Source of the DNA: Oopsacas minuta
Taxonomy: Eukaryota; Animalia; Porifera
Reading direction: 5' to 3'
Assembly: GCA_024704765.1 (NCBI GenBank)
Contig: JAKMXF010000308.1
Span: 1-64,000, forward strand
Length of the DNA: 64,000 nucleotides
The notes beneath the pieces were generated by a model. The model saw only the letters and a list, made by a program, of their open reading frames with translations. It searched no databases and was not told where the DNA came from. Positions 37,001-49,507 of this stretch are shown one piece after another. The position numbers were made by a program, and so were the translations under genes. How positions within the stretch are numbered: the stretch's first letter is position 1; each line of letters begins with the position of its first letter.

Positions 37001-40000
37001 AATGTTTATTCAGCCAATTTTATCATAATTATATAATAAGTAAAATGGTCCGCATAGTCTAGTTTAAGATAAAATATTTATACAATAGAGATACAGTTAA
37101 TGAATTAGAATACTACTAATCATATTGTCAATGAATTCGGAATGCATGCTGGTTGACGTCTAAAAGTATAGGCGGCAGCTAATTAATGGGAAAATAACGG
37201 CATGTGCAATCTAGCACTTGTAATTAAACCAAACTAAATACATAACTGAAACAATTCGCCTGCAAGAAATTGACCATTAAATGATAAATTATTACAAAAG
37301 AATATCTCAGTAGTAATAATTCACATCAGTTGATTCTGCTAGGAGCAAAATTGCGATGTGATCGCGAGACAAAATTACTAAATAATTAATTTCCCCACAC
37401 ACAGGTTAGATAGCAATCCACAGATCACAGATATGAAGCTAAATGACAAAACGATTGCTTCAATGAGGCTAGCTAAAGTCTTTAGAGAGAATACAGACTG
37501 TGTTAATTGTATAGATTTCGCGCATAATGGTGAGAACATGATATCCAGTAGCTCAGATGATTCTATAGTTCTCTACTGCTGTATGGAGGGAAAACCTAAA
37601 CGAACGCTATATAGTAAAAAGTATGGTTGTGATCTACTGCAATACACTCATGCACCAAATGCAATAATATACTCAAGCAACAAGATCGATGATCAGATTA
37701 GATATCTCTCACTGTACGACAATAAATTCTTACGTTATTTCCCCGGACACACGAAGAGAGTTGTTTCACTAAGAATGTCTCCAATCGACGATACATTTAT
37801 TTCTGCTTCACTGGACAAGACGATCAGACTGTGGGATCTAAGGTATGTTATGATAGTGGAAATTGGTTGACATAGAAATTCAATAGTATTTTAGTCAGAG
37901 GTGGTATAGATTATTAGTGACATAGAAACGATATTAGTACCAGTTTGATTTGGTGATAAGATAACCTGGTACATAGTACATACGATAAAATATTTATTTA
38001 TTAATCTGTAAGCATTTTAATTAATACAAGAACTAAGTGTAGTTATTCTAAGAATGTAATGGGAGGTTTTAATAACCTGAGAACATACTTGTGAGATTGT
38101 TTGTTTACTCAAAGTTAATTTTTGAAATTGATAGAGGCAAGAATCTTTACAGAATTCCATCGAAAGCATGATAAGGGTTGTTCAAAGAAAGCCGGCTGCA
38201 CTGAGCATGATTATTAAAATTCAATAAATTAAACCTTAAATACGAATACCGTTATGTAAACACGTGTTATGAATTAGATTCATTCATTGGAGCATTGAAT
38301 CATAAGAATAATGTAGTAATGTAATATGTCCAATTGTCCCTCTAATCATATTATAGAGTGTTCATCTAATTAATCATATAATCAAGGGCAGTGTTTCTTA
38401 ACATGCGCTGTAAACTCCCTATCAGTTTACTGTGGTCTCTTCCCCCATATATCACTATACTTCTCATGGGCACTGCTGTAGGGTATCGAATAAATGGGAG
38501 AGGTGAGTTTATTCGGGACGCTACAGTAACACGGATAATTAGAATGAATATTCAATAGAAATTGGATGGAATATTCTTTCAAAAGATCGAGTTATAAATT
38601 GTAATTGGAGTAATTTGCAAAAATAATCGGGGGAGAGAAGTAAACTGGCTTAAATATACGATCAGTGGTTTATTCTTAATTGGTTTACTTCTCCTCGAGG
38701 TAGAATAGTAGAGGATTTGTGATTTAAGTAATAAAGTAGATGATTCTTGTTATTTCTATATTATTTTATTATCAAGGTACAGTTGCTTTGAGAATAAGAA
38801 TAGAGCATAGAATGGGTAGGTCTGAGTAGATTTACATATCAGTTACGAGAACGCTATCTACGTATATGTCTTATCATTACTCTATTTCCCAAAACAAAGT
38901 TTATCTGAATTCTCAAATAATTGAGATATTTGACAACATTAAAATAATATTTAATTCAATTATATTAAGCTTTATATTATTTGGAATTGTAAGTTTCAAT
39001 AATTTTATCAGAAAGCATTTCAAAGAAAGCACTTAATTTTCTTGTTCAATAATCCCATACATAAAGTTTATAATAAACTATGAGGTAATGTTATATATAA
39101 TTATCTGATTTTATGTAAAATACTAGAAACAACAGAATTAGAGCAAAATAATTATCCCACAATTGCCGTTTAAGGTATACACACAGTATTAATTTGTAGG
39201 GAATGTATTATTAGAATTAATTACTTAATCAATGAATGAGTTAATAATTAACCTAAAATGAACCTAAACCAAACTCCTGCCTTGTCTAATTTGATATATG
39301 AACTAAGTCATTATATTTTGTTGATGATTTTCCCTCTCCATTGCTACTGTATCTAGGAATAGAAGAAAAAGTAATTCTGTTCAAATATTCTGAGAACATC
39401 ACAATATCTGTGTTACTGATAATTTGGTGATCACACCATAATTAGATTTCTTAGCTGCCTCCTATATCATGATGTATTATTGGTGCTACTCATAATAATT
39501 GGGAAGATCAGAGAATATGTTACAAGATCAATTAGTTGAAAGGGTCATAGAATTGGGAAGCTATTATCCAATCAAGTAACCTCATATCTTTGAAGTTAAA
39601 TATACAACTATAGTATGTGTAAATTATAAATCATATATACTGTGGTAAATAAGACATAAAAGGATTGAACATTAAATATTGCATAAAGTCCCAGCACTAA
39701 AATCTTAGTTGTACCCACTAGTGAAGATTAAAGTGACAACACAGGAATGGGACTATCCTATAGTGTAACGGTTAACACTCATCATAAGACAGTAGGATAA
39801 GGAGGAGGGAGTTAGCAGATGTAAATCTGAATAGGTTAGATTCAGCCCTAAGCTTATGCTTTAGATATTTGCATATAATTAATTGGAAAGTATTCTAAGT
39901 TCGTCTCAAGGATTAACCATAGGGGTGGGATGTTGGAGCTTTTATGAATCGGGATATCTCCACTTAAGATATATTAAGTAGATGGAAATGTAAAATAATA

Positions 40001-43000
40001 GAACAGAGAAAATTGTATAATCGGGATACATACAATTTTCGTAATTAATGTATAATCGTTAATAGTAGATACGATATCATTAATACACTGACATAGCAAC
40101 TATACTCAAATTTACGATTTTGATTTGCTAATTGAGCAAAGGTTGAAAATATCTTCACAACAATATTAGATGAAATTTGATCAAACAACTTTACACCAAA
40201 CAATTAGCAAATAAACATTTAATATAATTGAGTTATGAAATAATTATGAGCTCAAAGCGATGAAGATTGAATTTAATGCAATTTTAATGTCAATTATCAG
40301 AATTCAGAAGACAATACTAATAGCCTAATACTTAATACGTCATATAAATGCTATACTAGTATAGCCTTTACCCTTGGGTAGGGGAATTTATTGGGTCAGT
40401 AAATTTAAATATTAAATATCCTAGGGCAGCCTGGCCAATAATTATTTCTTACATTTTCATAATCCTGGTAACAGATATCCCGATTATGTATCTAAAATCC
40501 GTTCGAAATTATCAAACGAATATTCGTTGATATTTATTTGATAAACCAAAGTTTGAATTGTATACCAGCGCGCGTTTTCGCCTTGGACCTCGGCTCTTCG
40601 TGCCTCGAATTAAGTAGAGTGTAATACTTGCATTTTTGTAAATGAAAATCTAATCAATTTACATGAACTGAAGAAAAATTCGGATTCACCACCCTTGAAT
40701 ACGCTATTAAAACCGTTTCTAAGGCTAATTCAAAGTTGTTTACTTTATAAACAAAACAAAATGTTGTTCGTAAACGTTGGTCATGTCATATTTCGAATTA
40801 GTTCACCCGATTATCCTAGTATAACCGTGAAAGCAAGTTTCTGGAATTATTAGAAAATTGTTCACATTTTATACAAACAACGATAAATATTCAGAATACA
40901 ATACATTGTTTACAATATCATATTCGGATTCGCTCTTTCAGCATACCCGATTACCCTAATGCAATTGTTTACTTTACCATTATTGCCAAACAGAAGGATA
41001 CGTACATATATTTTTATTCCCTAAGTTAAATATACAAATTCTATTTCTCTAATAATTAACTATAATCATCTATTATTATTAAATTTGAATTATTGTTGGG
41101 AGTTGTTTGTTTGTCCACTTTGTATTATAATAATAATAATAGGGAAGATGATCTGTGTTTATTATACAGAGAATAACATATCCTTCAGTTGACGATATAG
41201 GAAAAGTAAACAATTACATTAGGATTATCGAGTATGCTGATTCCGATTTTCACACTTAAAAATTAATCATATGTAAATTTATTTGTTGTTTTCATGAATA
41301 TATAGTAAACAAATAGTTGAAATCTCGAAATATACTTAGAGACTTTGCTCTCGACAGACTAGGGGTAATCAAGTACGCTGAATCCGAATATTTTCAAGTT
41401 TCTCATATGTAAATTTATTTGTTGTTTTTATGAATATAAAGTAAACAAATAGTTGATATATATATATATTAAATCATTTCGCAATTTTATACTTTGTTAA
41501 ACTCGAGGTACGAAGTGCCGAGTCTCATGCGGAGCGCGATAAAGCCATCCATATCTCGAATTTGGATCAGATTTTCGTAGTTGTTAAATACTTACGAACG
41601 AATAATCGAATATTCGTTTCAGCCCTACTTTTATAATAATGCGTTGTGTAATACATATTTCTTAAAATAATTGAATAACTCTACTCTTGCTAATGACATG
41701 TGAGTGTAGATTTAATATCCTAGTGCAGTATATATGTTATAATTTCTCCCCAAAACTTAGGTCCCCCAATTGTCAAGGTTTAATGCACCTCTCCAGTCGT
41801 CCTGTGGTATCCTACGACCCTGAAGGACTAATATTCGGTGTTGGCCTAGACTCAAAGCAAATAAAACTGTACGACTTAAGATCTTTCGATAAGGGTCCCT
41901 TCAGTACCTTTTTCATACGGCCTGATATAGGAAAGTTAGAGTGGACTAGTATGAAGTTTTCTCCAGACGGTAAGAGTATTATTCTATCTACAAGCGGGCC
42001 TGTTATCAAACTAGTGGATGCATTCCAAGGTAATATAAATTTAATTAACCTGGCACTAATTACAAACATTATCTACAGCATAAATTAATGTTACAGTGAA
42101 GTCCTGATAATTGTTAATGCTAAACTTCAGATTTGCATTTATGCTTTTATCAGTTTCCATCAATTATATACAATCAACATTCGGTAACTCGAACGATTTT
42201 CATTTCCCCTAGTTTTACTATTCGGTTTATATAGAAAAACCGTTCGCTATTCGGATGCCGGTTGACTCGAATATTCATTATCTCGAACGAATATTCACTT
42301 CCCTTCTTTGTACTTTTAATACTTATCGCATCCGTTAACTGTGTATAATTTTTGAATAAGTAATTTTGATATGAATGTTTTTATTGTAATATTGTGTAGG
42401 TAATGAGCTACATAACTTGAATGGAAGAGTGAACACAAATGAACTAATGCTAGAAGCTTCATTCACTCCAGACTCTCAATACGTGATATCAGGTGCTGAG
42501 AACGGACTAGTACATATGTGGGCAGTAGACGACGGTAGGAAGGTAGCTATTCTAGATGGAGGACATCCTGGAGCTAGTCGCTGTATCCAGTTCAATCCCA
42601 GATACATGATGATGGCTACAGCTTGTAATAATGTTGGTTTCTGGCTGCCAAGTATTGAGGATTAATTACAACAGAATACCAGTAGCAATTACATGCATTA
42701 ATATCAATTGTATTATTTACTACTCTTGTTAGTATCATACATGATGTCACGTATTGGTTGCAAAAATCATAATAATTATAATTTCCCCTAAATTTGACAA
42801 TAGTAAGATGATCCGCCAAGGAAAGGTACAAAATATTCGAGAAATTCGATCAAAATACGAGAAATACGGTGAGCTGGATATATTTCAAAGTGAGTGTGTA
42901 GCGCAGATTGTAGGGATCGTAGAATTGTGGAGATAGATTAGAAAATATTAGAATAAGAATAAATTATCCATACACCCCAAGTGACCAGCCAAATGCTGGT

Positions 43001-46000
43001 TTGATCAGTATTTGTAGCAATAGTTTGTATTACGAAATTTATAAATTCGAATTATTTTTGTAAATTATGCGAATTATCCACTCAATGTTATGTTACAGTC
43101 AGATTTTTATATAATATATTATCACTATTTCTCAATATTTTCTAATAAACCCTAAAAACGGTGTGGTGACCAGCATATCGACAGTAATAGGATGGGGTCT
43201 ATGAAATTATCTCTCGCTAGTCGTTGCCAACATATTATCTAGGGTCGTTTTGAAATATACGATAAGGGTGTGAAAATAACATAATAAGGAGATTTAATGT
43301 ACTCAAATCTCAGAATTGGATTTCTATGTGTATACATGTACCTCTGACAAAAAACAGGTTTTAAAAGACACAATTTTGAATTTACATAAAATTGTTAGAA
43401 GTATGATCAATCGCCAAAAATTTTTTGCTATTATACACCAAAAAATGTACTATAGCAATTTTCATTTTAGTCAGACTGATAGATTTCGCTGGAACAGGAG
43501 GAAGTGGAACATGGTCCATAATAAATAGTAATAGGAGTCTGGAGTTAGAGGTAGTGAAACGAAATGTAGTCAGAACTTGGATAAACCGCTAGTGATCATA
43601 AACCCGATTAAGATACTACAATGGATAATATTGAATAAACTATAGCATGGTGATTACAGTACATACCTAGGTAGTGGAGGTTTAGTCTTAGCAGCAGTAG
43701 CTATATCTTCTAGCTCTTCTAGACAAGACTGCAGTGTTTCACTAGATCTCTTGTGGTAATCAGCTAAGCTTCTAGTCAGCTCTAATACCTGCTGTACCTG
43801 CTCTATATCATTGTCTAGGAGTGTACGCATTCCTTTCTCAGCTAAATCAAATGATTCTTCAAACCTATCCGCAGATAAACTCAGCTCTTGCTCTGTTACT
43901 GTTCCTTTCTGATGCTTCTTACGCTTAGCATCGTAGTCAAGACGTCTTCCTGTAACCTAGAATATGTCAACCGTAAAAATTTATAACAATTGTAAGATAA
44001 TGTTGAAGTAGAAATAATTAATTCGAAATTACAAATAAGAATATAGCCGAATATATGAAACTACTACTTACTCTAGTAGTGATATTCAATGATAGTGTAG
44101 TGGTATATACAGGAGTTTATTGAATGGTGCTTTTGCTTACTCAATGGAAATAACGGTATGCATTGACAAGGAAATGTTTTGGACTCCATACCGACTACAA
44201 ATGGATACCTAAATATATGTTTGTTTGTTTAATAGTAGTGCCAATAATGACGTCAATGTTAATCAGGTGTATACTCAACAAAATAATCACTCGGATGACC
44301 AATGGTTTGGTGGCGATAGTCACCATCTCACCAAAATTATTTATTAGCCACCAAAATGTTCAACTTGGTGGCTTAGTTAAGCCAGTAATATATTTACCTT
44401 CTACAAAGAGATTTTAACCTTATTTCGAAAATGGAAGTAAGATGGTGGCTTCTACTAGCCAACAAATATATAGTTTGGTGACATTTGTGCGGTACAAACA
44501 AATTTTGATTCTTTGGAGCACTGTAATCAGATCTGAGCATTCTAAACACAACCTATGCATGTTAAGAATTGTAAATTAATATAGAAAGGTGTTGTACAGG
44601 TAACCTCTAAAAGCGGCACCTCTGAAGATCCGGCACAAGTCCTGCTCCCTTAAGTGCCGAATTTCGGAGAATTCAATTTGATCTCCAACGTTAACGAATC
44701 TGGCATAACGACGAATACTGTTTTGTAGCAAAAGTAAGAAATCAGAGATATTATTGTGTATAAGGGTTCACATTACCATAAGTACATTAATATGGAATAA
44801 GTCCAAAGATCAATTGGTATTTAGTCGAGATATTGGCAAAAAAGGCTCAGAAACTGATTAAATGTACAGTCAATAGATATAAAAGAATCTAATAGTAGAA
44901 CTCAGATAAGACGTACACCTTCAAGAAACAAAATCTGTACGTACTTTCCGAGTGTAAATCTTATCCGAATAGATATTGTATTACAGCATAACTCGTATAG
45001 TACGAATTAGTTCTGATTAATATTTGTTTTCTGAGAGAGTACATCTTATCGGAGTTCTACTACACTGCATATAATACTTGTTATGTATTAATTATATTTC
45101 TTACTCTGGGGATATTCAGAATATGGTATAAATACACTTATGGAGTAAAGATTACCTTTTTCCTGTGATGTGATATTTCTTTGATGTCTTTATTAACGAC
45201 AGCAGCTATGGGATCAAGAAATCTCTGTCTCACACTCAGATCCAAATCGTCTTTAGAATCAGAGAGAATTTGAAATGTCTCTGCCACCTGGAAGAGAGAT
45301 TTACTGAAGTAAGAATCATCTCCTAGGTCCTGTGCTCCTTTCATCATTAACTCAGAAATCACATGCTCAGTTTGAGGGTACTTGTTAGCTGAAACTTGAC
45401 CCTATATACAATATTTGTATAATTATTCTATTAGAAAATAGAAATTAAACACAACTAAAATGTTTTGCATAACAATTTCCAGTTCGTTAGCTAGGTTTGT
45501 TACTAACTACGTGCTAAGAAATATCGTAATGCTTGAACAATAGTACTAGGGATGAGAATATCGCAGACTGTAACAGTACTAAAAGAAACTAATGTTTTAC
45601 AGTGATAAATCAATGTGAGGGTCAGTGGATATTATCTTGATACAGTTAATATCAGGTAACTCGAGCCCTCAGGAGAAATCAAAATCTGTTCGAGTTAATG
45701 GATGATGACTGTGCGTTCTTAGGAATGTACACCATAATTGACTCCAGGGAAATATCTATAGCGTAGGACGTTCCTTTATGAGTATGCCTATCGAGTGGCA
45801 TCGTGCCATTTGTAACTGGGGGCCACAATTATCTCAGAACTTCCACATCATTACTCCAAGGGACCAGAAAAATGTCAACTTCCAATTTCAATCCACGTTA
45901 TTTCTTGCGATAGGTTTCGCTCCTGGACCTTACTGATTTTCACAGCGCCCATAGACCCTCGTATAGAACTTGTTGCCCAACAGATTGAATTTGTGCCACA

Positions 46001-46687
46001 CACGGCAATGCTTATTGAACAAAATATTGTGAAAATAGAGGATATTTCGATTCTTTCCCAAAACGGTAAACTAATTAACTGATTAAGTGCATTGAAATTT
46101 GGCGGGACTAGCACTAGGAGTGTGATACCAAGAACTTGTATAATTATCTCTTATTAACTCAGTTGAGACTTCCCGTGGATTTGGCTTTTTGATACTCTTT
46201 AGATCGTAAAAATGACCAATCATATGTATAGGCTGTCTATAAACTTCATTAGAAGATAGTACTATATTTTATAGATCACAAACTATTTAGACAAATTGGG
46301 ATAACCAAATTTCGTTCCTAAAATTTCTCGAATTAGTTTTGAGCTTCGCCCAAGAGATAGAAATTGTTATAAGGACCTCTTTGCTTCTAACATCAATTTG
46401 AGAAAGGTGCATAAAGTGAACAGACATAATTGATAATTCTAATAATCAACCTTCATTTTCTGAAAGGAATTAGACATGTCCATCTTGAGTCTGACATTAG
46501 GATTAGGCTGCAACATTTCTTTCAACTTTCCTTGAAGATGTTCTAGAATAGCAGCCGTGCTGTCTGTCATTTTCTCCAGATCCTTATACTCCCCAGCTAT
46601 CTGGGTAGCTTCTTCCTTACCTCTGCCAGTCTTCTCAGATAGAATCTGTTTGGTACGATCTACTTTACGAGATAATATCTTAGCCAT
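34042..46687 (-). CDS. SH3GL: Endophilin A (N-BAR and SH3; exons 46687-46451, 45401-45156, 43956-43667, 34348-34042; 359 aa)
   Basis: KQILSEKTG...[24 protein letters not shown]...KEISHHRKK|[14 protein letters not shown], and SH3 CCKALYDFD...GMFPVAYV. The exons sum to 1080 nt with compatible GT-AG phases. Confidence 0.93.
37433..42665 (+). CDS. WDR82: WD repeat-containing protein 82 (exons 37433-37842, 41761-42029, 42400-42665; 314 aa), nested in the endophilin intron
   Basis: [81 protein letters not shown]. The exons sum to 945 nt. Confidence 0.96.
40568..40956 (-). mobile_element. Helitron-like repeat copy, inverted (same family as 5484-6047)
   Basis: The reverse complement contains 'gggtaatcgggtatgctga...atccgaatatgatattgtaaac' and 'ttcgaggcacgaagagccgag'. 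Confidence 0.55.
41069..41550 (+). mobile_element. Helitron-like repeat copy (same family as 5484-6047)
   Basis: TCTATTATTATTAAAT start, gttt microsatellite, 'cgagtatgctgattccgattttcacact', and 'ctcgaggtacgaagtgccgagt'. Confidence 0.55.
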
Positions 46688-47414
46688 CTAAACAGCTATG
46701 AATCTGAAAAGAATAGCATATTTGGATAATGAGATTAAGAAGTACAAAGAAAAATGGTAATAAGAAAGTGTTGGTCATGTTGTGTAGATTCTTGAGGACA
46801 CTCTAAACAACCAGATCAACTAGTTCTATCGTCATTACTGTGCCGAATACAGCTGTACTATATGTATATGTACATGTATATGTATAGCGGGCACGTAGGT
46901 CAGGACCTTCCGTAAAACCTGAACATAATGGCAATAAAAGAAGTATGTAGAATTGCTGAATTAGCGTCTCAACACTTGTCTTGCAGTTACAAAAGCGGTC
47001 CCGAACAGCAGCGGGACATCACGAGAAATGAGTAAAACACAGGACAGGACTTAAGTTTCCTAATTGTAATTGGATAATTCCTACTAGCTGTAGAAACTTT
47101 ATTCTACTCGCTGAATGATGAAATTCCACAAGGGAAGTATAAGTAGTAGAAATAGGTTTATAAATGAAAAGTTCGGAGGGAGACGTTTGTGTGCATTCAG
47201 TACGAAATTTAGGGCTTCCCTAATTCACAAAATCGAAATTTTCTGGAAAAAATTTCAAATTTGTGGTTTGTTTTACATTTGGCCTTGTAAATCCAGAATA
47301 TTGGATCGCGACGGCTGTCAAGCATCTCTTTTTACTTTTCGAGTTGGTGGTAGTCAATTTTCTTAATTTTGTAGCGAAATCTAAAATATCTAGTAATACC
47401 TAATGAACCGGATA

Positions 47415-47563
47415 CCGACAAAACGTTCCACGACAAAATGTTCCAGCGACAAAATGTTCCACGACAAAACGTTCCAGCGACAAAACGTTCCACGACATTT
47501 CGCTCCACTTTTGATTGGTCAATGTTTGTTAATAATTTAACAGGTTTTAAATGGCTAAATAAT
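47415..47563 (+). repeat. Left terminal inverted repeat of the MULE: 5 x 15-16-bp CGACAAAA(C/T)GTTCCA(G) units plus unique tail
   Basis: Inverted match to 51892-52099. The tail 'cgacatttcgctccacttttgattggtc...atggctaaataat' is identical in both copies. Confidence 0.85.
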
Positions 47564-47934
47564 ATTGCAAATATAATCAATTAATTTGGGATGAATGATT
47601 TCGGAAGAATTTAATGTTACAGCATTGATATCGTAAACCTAAACATAGAAGTTCTGTGTTAGCAAAGTGAGGTAAGATGATTTATAGTAAAGGTAACGAA
47701 TTTATATCAGAAAAATACATACGTAATAATTCATTCTTTTGATGGAGAAGATGCGAAATTAATTCCATTGATGGAGAAGATGCGAAATTAATTGTATGTT
47801 TGCCAGTAAACATGGAGTCACCTTTGTAGTTCTATTTAAATGTTGCAATTGTATTATTTTCAGCTTGTATTATCAGCTAAATATTATTTGCTACACATTT
47901 TTATATTCTTTCAATCAGCAATCTCATTTTATCA

Positions 47935-49362
47935 ATGGATCCTGGTCAGCCCTCCTTCAGGCTGATCAGAACGAACAAGGGAGGAGAAAAGATGTTAGAA
48001 GGAGGATACGTATATTTGATGCATAGGAGAGTTGGAGAAATGACACATTGGCAGTGTGAGCAGAGAGGAGAGTGTAAAGCAAGGGTTCATACGAAGGGAA
48101 TGGAGATAGTGAAGCGTACGAATGAGCATCTGCATGCACCTGATGTGCAGGCTACGGCCTGCTGTGAGATAAAGGCCGGCATCAAGAGGGAAGCACGAGA
48201 CACACAGGATAGCTCACACCAGATAATCGGTGAGGGTATGCTAACAGCATCAGAGGGTACTGCTGCTAAACTACCTAAGCTGGACAGCCTGAAGCGGACG
48301 ATACAGCGTCAGCGTGCAAGTGTATTATCAGCTCCAGTGCAGCCTACCGCCCTAGCAGAGTTGGTTCTACCTGCAGAATACCAGCGGACAGCCAAGGGAG
48401 AACAGTTCCTACTCTATGACCCTGGGGAAGACGATGCACATAGATTCCTCATCTTCGGGACACAACGCAACCTCGGGATGCTACAGCAAAGCAAGATCTG
48501 GCTAGCTGATGGCACCTTCAAGACGGCGCCTCCCCTCTTCGCCCAGGTGTATGTGGTGCATGGACTCCGAGGAGGAGACGATCCTATGAAGACTGGTCAT
48601 CTGTTGCCGAGTCTGTTCGTGCTGCTGCCCAACAAGACAGAGGATACCTACCGTAGGATGTGGGAGCAGATCCGCATACTCTGTCCTCTCGCTCAGCCTG
48701 AACAGATGCTCCTGGACTTTGAGAAGGGCGCAATTAACAGCTTTGAGCATGTCTGGCCTAACACAGTGGTGAAGTGCTGCTTCTTCCACTTCACACAGAA
48801 TATCTGGCGCCATGTGCAGTCTGACTACACACATGATGAAGAGCTGGCCATGCGCATCCGGAAGATACCAGCCCTTGCATTCGCCCGACCAGCAGACGTA
48901 CCCGATCTGTTTGAGCAAGTGTCAATGGACCTCCCCCTTACGTCTGAGATAGGCGAGCTAGTCGACTACTTTGAGAGGACGTATATCGGTCGCACGCTAG
49001 CCACTGGACACCATGTAGCGGCGACGTTCCCCATTGGCCTGTGGAACTACCACTTCAGCACGCCCTTCGGACTCCCCCGTACAACCAACGCCGTAGAAGC
49101 ATGGCACCGCAGCTTCAATGCCACTGTCGGCTGCCATCACCCCACTATATGGAAGTTCCTCCTAGCCCTCAAGCGTGAGCAGGGCCTAGTGGAGGTGCGG
49201 CAGACTAACTACCTTGCTGGGAAGTCGCCAACCAAGTGGAGGTGGTCCCAACAGAGTGAACAAGCGTTGAGGACTCTAGTTGGAGAATATTATTCACCAA
49301 ATCGTACTAAGATGGAGTTCTTGCAGGGTGTAGCACATCATTTCGGTTTGGGAGCGGATTAA
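47935..49362 (+). CDS. FLYWCH-MULE transposase, copy 1 (475 aa)
   Basis: FLYWCH-type W-x-C...C...H-x-H (HWQCEQRGECKARVH...EHLH), and MULE DDE core ADGTFK, LDFE, CCFFH, RTTNAVEAWH. Confidence 0.92.
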   Translation: MDPGQPSFRLIRTNKGGEKMLEGGYVYLMHRRVGEMTHWQCEQRGECKARVHTKGMEIVKRTNEHLHAPDVQATACCEIKAGIKREARDTQDSSHQIIGEGMLTASEGTAAKLPKLDSLKRTIQRQRASVLSAPVQPTALAELVLPAEYQRTAKGEQFLLYDPGEDDAHRFLIFGTQRNLGMLQQSKIWLADGTFKTAPPLFAQVYVVHGLRGGDDPMKTGHLLPSLFVLLPNKTEDTYRRMWEQIRILCPLAQPEQMLLDFEKGAINSFEHVWPNTVVKCCFFHFTQNIWRHVQSDYTHDEELAMRIRKIPALAFARPADVPDLFEQVSMDLPLTSEIGELVDYFERTYIGRTLATGHHVAATFPIGLWNYHFSTPFGLPRTTNAVEAWHRSFNATVGCHHPTIWKFLLALKREQGLVEVRQTNYLAGKSPTKWRWSQQSEQALRTLVGEYYSPNRTKMEFLQGVAHHFGLGAD

Positions 49363-49507
49363 CATGTTAATCTAAAGTATTATCTCAAAATCAAATTTAT
49401 TTGAGGGATAGATAATACGGAAGATTAACATCCGTTCTCAGGCTGAGATGGTGTCTACACTTGTATGGAACTTCGTCTTAGTATGGTCTGGTGGATATAT
49501 TCTCCAA

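Noticed and set aside
39899-39922. 'tcgtctcaaggattaaccat' resembles the 5' start of 18S rRNA (GTCTCAAAGATTAAGCCATG)
   Set aside because: Only about 20 nt with mismatches and no flanking rRNA similarity; compatible with chance.
47415-47495. Repeat arrays here and at 51958-52099 as a CRISPR array
   Set aside because: The units are directly adjacent with no spacers, there are no cas genes, and the context is eukaryotic. They are transposon subterminal repeats.
47739-47793. 26-bp tandem duplication (period 29) upstream of the MULE transposase
   Set aside because: Simple local slippage duplication with no evidence of function.
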